Positions 9,006 to 17,557 of a stretch of DNA of 64,000 bases are shown piece by piece. Position numbers and translations under genes: made by a program. The notes under the pieces were generated by a model that did not search any database, had not been told where the DNA came from, and was given only the letters and a program-made list of their open reading frames with translations. Every line of letters starts with the position of its first letter. Position 1 is the stretch's first letter. Source of the DNA: an uncultured Wenzhouxiangella sp. (GTDB lineage Bacteria > Pseudomonadota > Gammaproteobacteria > Xanthomonadales > Wenzhouxiangellaceae); NCBI GenBank assembly GCA_913057255.1, contig CAJXNU010000001.1:5974-69973 (forward strand). Direction: 5' to 3'.

Positions 9006-9033
9006 ATTGTAAACGACTGACCGTTCAAGTCAA
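9006..9033 (-). promoter_or_regulatory. sigma70 promoter of the putative sRNA
   Basis: TTGACT-16 bp-TACAAT on the minus strand; the same TACAATAGGG string precedes trpS (56955-56964). Confidence 0.7.
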
Positions 9034-9193
9034 CAAAAGTCAACTAATTTTTATCAATCTAATTTGAAGCGGTCGGCCAGCGTCATCAGCGGGCGTCCAT
9101 TGACCCCGTGAACGGCCCAAAATTTGCGCAGAAAAGGCCGCAGGGCGCTATACTTTGAGCAATCATTCAATTTAAGTCAAAACGGGTCTCAAT

Positions 9194-10357
9194 ATGGATT
9201 TTCAGCTCACTGAAGAACAACAGATGATTCAGGCAGCGGCAAAGGATTTCGCCGAGCAACAAATCGCCCCAGTGGCGGCCGATTTTGATGCTTCTGGGGA
9301 GTTTCCACTGTCTAACATTCAAGCCATGGGGGAGTTGGGCTTGATGGGGATTGAGGTCCCGGAAAATTACGGCGGTGCTGGGTTAGACACGATCGGCTAT
9401 GTATTGGCCATGATCGAAGTCTCTGCAGCCGATGCGGCCCACGGCACCATCATGTCGGTGAACAACTCTTTGTTCTGCAATGGAATTTTGAAGTATGGCA
9501 CCGAGGAGCAGAAACAAAAGTATGTTCGCGCGATCGCCTCAGGGGCTGAAATTGGAGCCTATGCCTTGAGTGAACCCCAATCGGGTTCCGATGCATCCAC
9601 CATGAAGTCACGCGCGGTGCTGAGTGATGACGGCACGCACTACACCATCAACGCTCGGAAGTCTTGGATCACCTCGGGGCCTTATGCCCGCTACTTGGTG
9701 TTATTTGCCTCCACCAACCCTGAAGCAGGCGCCAAGGGCATTACGGCGTTTTTGATTGATACAGAAAAAGAGGGCTTTTCTCGAGGTAAAACTGAGCCGA
9801 AACTGGGCATTCGTGCCTCGGCCACCTGTGAGGTGGAGTTGAGTGATTATCAGTGCGCCATCGAAGACCGTTTGGGTGAGGAAGGCGAGGGTTTTAAAAT
9901 TGCCATGAGCGTTTTGGATGCCGGCCGGATTGGTATCGCTGCTCAGGCCGTGGGGATTGCACAAGCCGCCTATCAGGCGAGTTTGACCTATGCCAGGGAT
10001 CGCAAAGCCTTTGGGCAAGAAATTGGCTCTTTCCAAATGATCCAGCAGAAATTGGCGGACATGAAGACCAAGCTAGAGGCCGCCCGTTTGCTGACACTCA
10101 GGGCAGCATGGGCCAAGATGGAGTCTGAAAAAACGGGAGCGCGGATCACTTTGGATGGCTCAATGGCCAAATTGTTTGCATCAGAGGCCGCCATGTGGAT
10201 TGCGCATCAAGCCGTGCAGTTGCATGGTGGCATGGGTTACAGCAAAGAGATGCCGATCGAGCGTTATTTTCGGGATGCGAAGATCACTGAAATCTATGAG
10301 GGCACCAGCGAAATTCAGCGGATGGTCATCGCACGAACGGAAACGGGTTTGCGATAA
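9194..10357 (+). CDS. Acyl-CoA dehydrogenase (short/branched-chain type)
   Basis: YALSEPQSGSDA, KSWITSG, KLGIRAS, GRIGIAAQAVG, HGGMGY, YEGTSEIQR. Confidence 0.93.
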   Translation: MDFQLTEEQQMIQAAAKDFAEQQIAPVAADFDASGEFPLSNIQAMGELGLMGIEVPENYGGAGLDTIGYVLAMIEVSAADAAHGTIMSVNNSLFCNGILKYGTEEQKQKYVRAIASGAEIGAYALSEPQSGSDASTMKSRAVLSDDGTHYTINARKSWITSGPYARYLVLFASTNPEAGAKGITAFLIDTEKEGFSRGKTEPKLGIRASATCEVELSDYQCAIEDRLGEEGEGFKIAMSVLDAGRIGIAAQAVGIAQAAYQASLTYARDRKAFGQEIGSFQMIQQKLADMKTKLEAARLLTLRAAWAKMESEKTGARITLDGSMAKLFASEAAMWIAHQAVQLHGGMGYSKEMPIERYFRDAKITEIYEGTSEIQRMVIARTETGLR

Positions 10358-10393
10358 TCGCAGCCACGAGTCAGTGAGAGCCTGGATTCTCCT

Positions 10394-13300
10394 ATGAGTG
10401 CAGCAGAAGAACAGCGTAAGGCCGACTACATCCACTCTGTCGAACAAGTCTTGCTGGATGCGGACGCCTCTCAGCCCCTCATTGAGTTTTCTCGGCTTTT
10501 GTATGCGCGGGTACCCACAGCAGAGCTCGTCGATGTCTCGCATGAGACCCGGGCCAAAATGGCGCAAAGCTTTTTTGCCTTCGCTGAAGAAAAACCATCA
10601 ACTGAGCCCAAACTGAGAGTCTTCAATCCCAGTGAAGACAGTCACGGTTGGTCGAGTCGCCACACCATCATAGAAATCGTCAATAGTGACGGACCATTTT
10701 TGGTGGACTCTGTGGTCTTGGCATTGAGCGCATCGGGTGTGAGCGCACAGCTCATCATCCACCCAGTGATGTTTGTTGAGAGAGATCGTCAGGGGCGTGT
10801 CATTGCGGTGATGCGTGAAGCCAGCGAAAAGGCCAAGCCTGAGTCACTGATGCACATTGCAGTAGATTATCAGCGGCAAAGCTCGCAACTCGATCGCATT
10901 GAAAGAGCCATTCGGGCCGGTTTGGATGAGTTGCACTATGCGGTGCGTGATTGGAAGCCGATGCTGGCCGCCGCGAGAAAAATCGCCTCAGAGCTCCAAC
11001 AAACGCACGCCGACATGTCGCCAGATCAAGTCGATGAGCTCTCTGCTTTTTTAAATTGGCTGGCCGATGATCATTTCACATTTCTGGGCTATCGAGAGTA
11101 TGTGGTTGAAGACCAGGGCAAAGACCGTGTCTTAAAAGCCATCGGCGAGAGTGGCTTGGGCATCATGCATGCCGAGCGAAGAGAGGTGCCTGTTCGTCCG
11201 CTCAAAGATCTGGCGAGGGGTGCAGATCAGAGAAACCGGTCTGAGCCGGTGATCATCACCAAGACCAATGCCTTATCGAGAGTGCACCGCCAAGGTTACA
11301 TGGACTATATCTCGGTCCTATTTTTTGGGGAAGACGGCAGGGTATGCAAAGAAAAGCGCATCATTGGCTTGTTTACCTCAGGCGCCTACATTCGGCGCTG
11401 CCAAGATACGCCACTCGTGCGTCGCAAGGTCGACCATGTCATGGCCCAATCGGGACTGAGACCGAACAGTCACGCATCCAAGGCGCTGTTGCATATACTA
11501 GAGACGCTGCCTCGCGAGGAGCTTTTTCAGGCCACCACGGTTGAGCTATTGGATCTTGGGATTGGCATCCTCGATCTCCAAGAGCGGAGTCAAACACGCT
11601 TGTTCATCAGGCGCGAGCGCTTTGGCCGGTTTTTCTCTTGTTTGGTCTTTATTCCAAGAGAGCGGTTTAATACGGAGAACCGCTTAAAGATTCAAAACAT
11701 ATTAAAACGCGCCCTGAAAGGCCAAACCATCGATTTTGCTGTGCAAGTGGGTGAATCGAATTTGGCTCGCGTGCATGTGGTGGTCCGACCCAAAGAGTAC
11801 TCGGCCACCGATGTTGATATTGAAAAAATTGAGCAAAAAATCAAACTGGCCATTCGCCGCTGGGACGATGAACTCGAAGAGGTCTTGGTCAAGACCCATG
11901 GACCCGAGAAGGGAGGTGCTTGGGCTAAGCGGTTTGCGGGCGCTTTCCCGGCGGCTTATGTTGAAGATGTGGCGCCGAGCGTGGCGCAGTTCGATGTGGC
12001 CAACATGGCCCGCGTTTTGGATGACTGCGACCTCGCGCTGAGTCTCTATCGGCCCAAAACACGGGACACCAGCATCTTAAGATTTAAGATCTTCAAGCAA
12101 ACCGACCCCATTCCGTTGAGTGATGTGTTGCCGATGTTAGAAAACTTGGGCACGCGGATCGTCTCTGAGAGACCTTATGAGCTCAAACTATCCGATGGTG
12201 AAGTCGTTTGGATCCAAGATTTCGACATGCGCCCTCCAGAAGGATTTGATTACAAACTGGAGCATGTGCGGGATCAGTTTCAATCGGCCTTTGAGCAGGT
12301 TTGGCGGAAGCGCGCCGAAAATGATGGATTCAACCGGTTGGTGCTGCTGGCACGCCTGAACTGGCGGCAGATCGCTTTGCTTAGAGGCATTGCAAAGTAC
12401 CTGTTGCAATCGGATATGCCGTACTCGCAGCAGTACATGGAACAGACGCTGAATGCGTCGCCTTTGATTGCTCGGCTTCTGGTGGAGTATTTTGAGGCGC
12501 GCTTTGATCCAAACCGTGCCTCAGAAAACAAGCGACACAAACAAATGGCTCACAAAGCGCTACATGAGCAATGCGTGAGTTTGGCGCAGCGCATTGATGA
12601 TCCCGTGTTGAGCGAATATCTAGAAGAGGTTTGTGAGGCGAGAGAACACAAAGACACCAGCGATTCCGCCCAGCTTGCACGCCGTGCCATCGGGCGAGCT
12701 TTGGAGTCGGTGCAGTCAGCTGATCAAGACCGCATTCTCAGAGGATTTTGTCAGTTCATTGATGCCACTCTCCGCACCAGTCTCTATCAGCACAGTCACA
12801 CCGGTGAGCTGAAATCCTATACCAGCTTTAAATTGGACTCGGCTCTGGTCCAAGAGCTACCCAAGCCCAAGCCTTACCGTGAGATTTGGGTCTATTCACC
12901 GAGAGTGGAGGGCATCCATCTAAGAGGTGGCTCGGTCGCGCGCGGGGGGCTTCGATGGTCTGACCGCCGCGAAGATTTCAGAACCGAGGTGCTTGGCTTG
13001 ATGCGGGCGCAGATGGTGAAAAACACCATGATTGTGCCGGTCGGTGCCAAAGGGGGCTTTGTCGCCAAACAGCTTCCAGAGCCGGACGATAGATCAGCTT
13101 ACATGGAAGAGGGTATTGCCGCGTATAAGACATTCATCAGCGGGCTGTTAGACATCACTGATAATCTGGATGGCGACACCGTCATTCCACCCAAGCAGGT
13201 GGTGTGTCACGATGACCCCGATCCTTATCTGGTGGTCGCGGCAGATAAAGGCACGGCCAGTTTCTCCGACATCGCCAATGCCATTTCAGTCGATCGAGGC

Positions 13301-15343
13301 TTCTGGTTGGGTGATGCGTTTGCCTCTGGCGGCTCCAATGGCTATGACCATAAGAAAATGGGCATCACGGCCAAGGGGGCTTGGGAATCGGTGAAGCGCC
13401 ATTTCCGAGAGTTGGGCGTGGACACCCAAAAAGAGCCGTTTAGCGTGGTCGGCATTGGTGATATGGCCGGCGACGTATTTGGCAATGGCATGCTGCTGTC
13501 ACCTCACATCGAGCTTAAAGCAGCATTCAATCATCGCCACATCTTCCTAGACCCTCAACCCAACTGCGCCAAAAGTTTTAAAGAGCGTCAGCGGTTGTTT
13601 GATTTGCCCGGTTCGAGTTGGTCGGACTACAACGAGAAACTGATCTCGAAGGGCGGGGGTATTTATTCGCGGCAATCCAAGACCATTGAAATCTCTGAAG
13701 AGATCCAACAATGGCTTGGGCTAGAAGACACCACGCTCACTCCGCAGGCCCTTATCCAAGCGCTGCTGCGTGCTCCAGTGGACTTGCTTTGGAATGGGGG
13801 CATTGGCACCTATGTCAAAGCCAGCCATGAAACGCACGCCGAGGTGGGTGATTTGGCGAACAACCAAGTCCGCATCAACGGATCAGAGCTCCGCGCGCGC
13901 GTGGTAGGCGAGGGCGGTAATTTGGGCCTCACTCAGCGAGGTCGCATTGAGTATGCCTTGCAAGGTGGCATGATCAATACCGATTTCATCGACAACTCAG
14001 CCGGCGTCGATTGCTCTGACCATGAGGTCAATATAAAAATTTTGCTGAACCATGCAGTGGAAGCTGGGCGCTTGTCTGTTGAGCAAAGGAATGCTTTGTT
14101 GGAGCAAATGACCGATGAAGTCTCGGCGCTGGTGCTCCGATCCAATACCCTCCAAACTCAAGCCATCAGCTTGATGTCATCCATGACCGGCGATCGCTTG
14201 GGCTCAGAGGCGCACTTTATTGCGATGTTGGAGGGTCAAGGTGTGATCGATCGGGACCTTGAGAATTTGCCGGATGAAGAAGACCTCAAAGATCGTGTGG
14301 CCCATGGTCTGGGGCTCACACGACCGGAGCTCTCGCTGCTGTTGTCATTTTCCAAGATCACGCTGTATCAAGACCTATTGAGTTCGGATGTCCCAGAAGA
14401 TCCGTATTTGTCCAGAGAACTCGAGGCTTATTTTCCCAAGCCTTTGCAACAAGAGTTCAAGGACCTCATGCCCGAGCATCGCTTGCGTCGTGAGATCGTC
14501 GCCACTCGGGTGACCAACAGCATTGTTAATCGCATGGGTGCGCACTTTGCCACCCGCATCAAAGAAGACACGGGAGCGAATTCTGCCACCATGGCCAAGG
14601 CCTTCACTGTGGCCAGAGAAATCCTGTCTGCCAGACCGTTCTGGGAGGCCATCGAGGGGTTGGATAATGTGGTGCCAGCGGCTTGCCAGACCACTGCCTT
14701 GCTTGAAATGTGGAAGCTGTTGCGGCATGTGACCCGCCGTCTGATTGCGCTGCCCAAGGGCTATCAGATTGATATCTCATCGCAAGTGGAGCGTTTTGGG
14801 CCGGGCGTATCGGAATATGCCAATTGCTTGATCCATATTTTGCCTCCTGAGCAGCGAGCAGAGTTAGAAGCTCATCAGGCCGAGCTGGTGGACGAGGGCA
14901 TGCCCGATGAGCTGGCCTTCCAAGTAGCGAGACTGCCTTTCATGCATTCTGCGCTTGATATCGTCGATGAGAGCTTGGCCCAAGGTGGACAAGTGGAACA
15001 GGTCGCTGCCGTCTACTTTGAGTTGCTCGGGCACCTTCATCTCAATTGGCTTCGTGCCAGCGTGGAGAAGCTGCCGGTTGAGCAGCCGTGGCATGCGCAT
15101 GCCCGAGGACATCTCCGTGAGCAGTTATTCCAACACCATCGTCAGCTGACCATGCGCGTGTTGAAAGAGCAGGGTCAGTCACCCGATGCGATTCAGGCTT
15201 GGTTTTCAATTCACGCGGCCGAGGTCTCTCGCGTGTGTGTGATGCTTGACGAAATGGTTGAGAGCAACGCCGTGGATTATCCATCGCTGCAAGTGGCGAT
15301 CGCTGGGGTCGAGCAGCTCCTAAACGCCACCGCCCAGACATGA
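10394..15343 (+). CDS. gdhB: Large NAD-specific glutamate dehydrogenase
   Basis: 1649 aa; GIHLRGGSVARGGLRWSDRREDFRTE, VPVGAKGGF, DPYLVVAADKGTA, GYDHK, NTDFIDNSAGV. Confidence 0.95.
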   Translation: MSAAEEQRKADYIHSVEQVLLDADASQPLIEFSRLLYARVPTAELVDVSHETRAKMAQSFFAFAEEKPSTEPKLRVFNPSEDSHGWSSRHTIIEIVNSDGPFLVDSVVLALSASGVSAQLIIHPVMFVERDRQGRVIAVMREASEKAKPESLMHIAVDYQRQSSQLDRIERAIRAGLDELHYAVRDWKPMLAAARKIASELQQTHADMSPDQVDELSAFLNWLADDHFTFLGYREYVVEDQGKDRVLKAIGESGLGIMHAERREVPVRPLKDLARGADQRNRSEPVIITKTNALSRVHRQGYMDYISVLFFGEDGRVCKEKRIIGLFTSGAYIRRCQDTPLVRRKVDHVMAQSGLRPNSHASKALLHILETLPREELFQATTVELLDLGIGILDLQERSQTRLFIRRERFGRFFSCLVFIPRERFNTENRLKIQNILKRALKGQTIDFAVQVGESNLARVHVVVRPKEYSATDVDIEKIEQKIKLAIRRWDDELEEVLVKTHGPEKGGAWAKRFAGAFPAAYVEDVAPSVAQFDVANMARVLDDCDLALSLYRPKTRDTSILRFKIFKQTDPIPLSDVLPMLENLGTRIVSERPYELKLSDGEVVWIQDFDMRPPEGFDYKLEHVRDQFQSAFEQVWRKRAENDGFNRLVLLARLNWRQIALLRGIAKYLLQSDMPYSQQYMEQTLNASPLIARLLVEYFEARFDPNRASENKRHKQMAHKALHEQCVSLAQRIDDPVLSEYLEEVCEAREHKDTSDSAQLARRAIGRALESVQSADQDRILRGFCQFIDATLRTSLYQHSHTGELKSYTSFKLDSALVQELPKPKPYREIWVYSPRVEGIHLRGGSVARGGLRWSDRREDFRTEVLGLMRAQMVKNTMIVPVGAKGGFVAKQLPEPDDRSAYMEEGIAAYKTFISGLLDITDNLDGDTVIPPKQVVCHDDPDPYLVVAADKGTASFSDIANAISVDRGFWLGDAFASGGSNGYDHKKMGITAKGAWESVKRHFRELGVDTQKEPFSVVGIGDMAGDVFGNGMLLSPHIELKAAFNHRHIFLDPQPNCAKSFKERQRLFDLPGSSWSDYNEKLISKGGGIYSRQSKTIEISEEIQQWLGLEDTTLTPQALIQALLRAPVDLLWNGGIGTYVKASHETHAEVGDLANNQVRINGSELRARVVGEGGNLGLTQRGRIEYALQGGMINTDFIDNSAGVDCSDHEVNIKILLNHAVEAGRLSVEQRNALLEQMTDEVSALVLRSNTLQTQAISLMSSMTGDRLGSEAHFIAMLEGQGVIDRDLENLPDEEDLKDRVAHGLGLTRPELSLLLSFSKITLYQDLLSSDVPEDPYLSRELEAYFPKPLQQEFKDLMPEHRLRREIVATRVTNSIVNRMGAHFATRIKEDTGANSATMAKAFTVAREILSARPFWEAIEGLDNVVPAACQTTALLEMWKLLRHVTRRLIALPKGYQIDISSQVERFGPGVSEYANCLIHILPPEQRAELEAHQAELVDEGMPDELAFQVARLPFMHSALDIVDESLAQGGQVEQVAAVYFELLGHLHLNWLRASVEKLPVEQPWHAHARGHLREQLFQHHRQLTMRVLKEQGQSPDAIQAWFSIHAAEVSRVCVMLDEMVESNAVDYPSLQVAIAGVEQLLNATAQT

Positions 15344-16176
15344 TGACACCAGGTTCTGAGCCACTCAAGCTTGCATTCTTAGCCAGTCAGCACGCCGGCT
15401 CCCAGGAAGCCTTGGCCGAGCTTGAGGCGATGTATCCGAGGCATGCACCAGAGACTGCCGATGTCTTGGTGGTGTTAGGCGGCGATGGATTTATGCTGCA
15501 CACCTTGCATGAACATGTGGAGTTTAATAAGCCGGTCTTTGGTATGCGACTCGGTGATGTGGGCTTTTTGATGAATCGCTACCTCGCCGCTGGTTTGATG
15601 GACAGAATCCACCACGCCCGAGAAGTGGCCCTCAATCCGTTGGTGATGCAGGCCGAGTCGGTCGGAGGTGACCGACACACCGCGCTGGCCATCAATGAAG
15701 TGGCTATGTTGCGCCAAACCAACCAGGCAGCGCATATTCGAGTGTGTGTTAATGGACAAGAAAGGCTCTCTAAGCTGGTGGCCGATGGCGTGCTGGTGGC
15801 CACAGCGGCTGGCTCAACGGCGTACAACCTATCGGCGCATGGGCCCATCTTGCCATTGGGTACGGAAGCGATTGTTCTCACGCCCATTAGTCCCTTTAGG
15901 CCCAGACGATGGCAGGGGGCCATTTTGCCTGCTCAGACCGTAATTGAATTTGAAGTCATGCAGCCGGATCGGCGTCCGGTGAGTGTCACGGCGGACTATG
16001 ATGAGTTTAGGGACATTAAAAAAGTCGTGGTGCAACAAGACACCACGACTTCACATCGGCTGCTGTTTGATCCTGAGCACTCATTGGAAGAGCGCATCAT
16101 CAACGAGCAGTTTTTAGGGGCTCACGATGGGCCGCCATCCACTCAGGTTGATTTGGGCCCATCTGAGAGATCTTAG
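15340..16176 (+). CDS. nadK: NAD(+) kinase
   Basis: GGDGFML, AINEV, DGVLVATAAGSTAYNLSAHGP. Confidence 0.9.
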   Translation: MMTPGSEPLKLAFLASQHAGSQEALAELEAMYPRHAPETADVLVVLGGDGFMLHTLHEHVEFNKPVFGMRLGDVGFLMNRYLAAGLMDRIHHAREVALNPLVMQAESVGGDRHTALAINEVAMLRQTNQAAHIRVCVNGQERLSKLVADGVLVATAAGSTAYNLSAHGPILPLGTEAIVLTPISPFRPRRWQGAILPAQTVIEFEVMQPDRRPVSVTADYDEFRDIKKVVVQQDTTTSHRLLFDPEHSLEERIINEQFLGAHDGPPSTQVDLGPSERS

Positions 16177-16655
16177 CGCGCTCGTTCCGCACGAAGTCGC
16201 TGGGCTCTCTCGATGATTTCTTCGCCTGTCATGCCGTTGAGACGCTCATAAAAACCAGGCAAGCCAGACCAGCCATCGGATGAGTAGACCTGCAGATAGC
16301 GAATGGCAGAGTCGAGTTGACGGTACTGGTCGGGGTTAGAGTCACTGGCAATCAATTCCAAGCTCTCAGCAAAGGCTTCAGGGCTAGAGCCATCCACCAT
16401 CAAGGTCAAACCATAGCCTTCATAATCCGCTTGTCCGGTGACCTTTGGTATGCGCTTGGCTGGGTCTTCATCTCGGCGCGATGGGGGCAGCTCAGGCGAT
16501 GGTTCGCTGCGCCGAATGGTTCGCTCACGTTGCGGTGCGGTGTTTTGTGTGGTGGTTTCGGTCGCTGGTTCAGCTGGCTCATCGCCACCGCAACCGGTCA
16601 AAGCCATCATCGAAACTGCCAAAGATGAAATCAGTAAAATATTGATTTTATTCAT
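16173..16655 (-). CDS. Hypothetical lipoprotein
   Basis: Lipobox LTGC, Pro/Thr/Glu-rich linker, then an ~80-aa helical domain (DGSSPEAF...LNGMTGEEII). Confidence 0.75.
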   Translation of the reverse strand: MNKINILLISSLAVSMMALTGCGGDEPAEPATETTTQNTAPQRERTIRRSEPSPELPPSRRDEDPAKRIPKVTGQADYEGYGLTLMVDGSSPEAFAESLELIASDSNPDQYRQLDSAIRYLQVYSSDGWSGLPGFYERLNGMTGEEIIERAQRLRAERAR

Positions 16656-16783
16656 TATCTACAACTCACATATTCCAGAAAAGCACGCCCACAGTATAGG
16701 CGATTTGGTTGATTCGTACGCTTGGATTGCATTCTCTTGCCTGAGTTCCCCACAGCGCTTAAATCGCGGTGATCGACACGGGA

Positions 16784-17557
16784 TCACTCACTGGCAAGGG
16801 TTTTATTGACAATGGCGGTCAAGCGGTCGATCCCTTCAATCAGGCGAGGACCCGGCCGGCCCAGCCAAGCTTCACTCAAAGGATGGATCTGATCATTCTT
16901 GATGGCTGGAACATCCATCCAATCGGCTCGCCTTTTCACAATGTGGGGTCGATATTTGGACTCATCCACACCACACCAGCTCATGACGACAGCGGCAAGC
17001 TTGGCTTCCGCGGCTTCTTTGCCGGTGATCTCCACACTCTCTTTCTTATGTTGGGCGAAAGGATTGAAGCCACCGGCCAGCTCGAGCATTTCATTGACCC
17101 AGGATTTGCCACCGGGAACGATCACGGGTTTTGGCCACCACTCAATCCCAATGGGGACGGGTGCGTGATTGGGTTTTGTCTGATTCATGCGCTTTTCAAA
17201 AGCCAAAGCCAATTCTTGAGCACGTTTCTTTCGCCCCAACAGTTCACCGAGTGTCTGAATATCGGTCGTCACATCGGCAAGCGTTGTCGGTTGGGTCACA
17301 TAGTGATTGAGTCCAGCGTCCTTGATTTGAGCAAGGCAACGCTCGTGCCCGGGGACGGTCAATGATGTGATCACCCAATCGGGTTTGAGTGCGATCACCC
17401 GATCGATATCAATGCCCAGATCAGGGCCAATTCGTGTTTTGGTTGCAACGACCTCCGGTGGAAAATCGGAATGATCGTCCACACCGACAATATGATCAGC
17501 TAAACCCAGAGCGCAAACAATCTCAGTGTTTGAGCAGGTGTGGGTCACAATCCTCAT
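16784..17557 (-). CDS. BtuF-like (helical-backbone) metal/cobalamin-binding protein without a signal peptide; start ATG 17557
   Basis: MRIVT..SNTEIV.ALG...IVGVD.HSDFP, RVIALKPD, V..NQI, RPGPRL; ATGA overlap with the upstream MFS stop. Confidence 0.75.
   Translation of the reverse strand: MRIVTHTCSNTEIVCALGLADHIVGVDDHSDFPPEVVATKTRIGPDLGIDIDRVIALKPDWVITSLTVPGHERCLAQIKDAGLNHYVTQPTTLADVTTDIQTLGELLGRKKRAQELALAFEKRMNQTKPNHAPVPIGIEWWPKPVIVPGGKSWVNEMLELAGGFNPFAQHKKESVEITGKEAAEAKLAAVVMSWCGVDESKYRPHIVKRRADWMDVPAIKNDQIHPLSEAWLGRPGPRLIEGIDRLTAIVNKTLASE

Noticed and set aside
8827-9012. 61-aa plus-strand ORF across the sRNA region
   Set aside because: No SD, it runs through a terminator and a tRNA promoter, and the hairpin structure explains the sequence better.
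12500-12720. Apparent insertion in the middle of GdhB
   Set aside because: In frame and, as far as I recall, also present in related large GDHs; no intein or frameshift signature.
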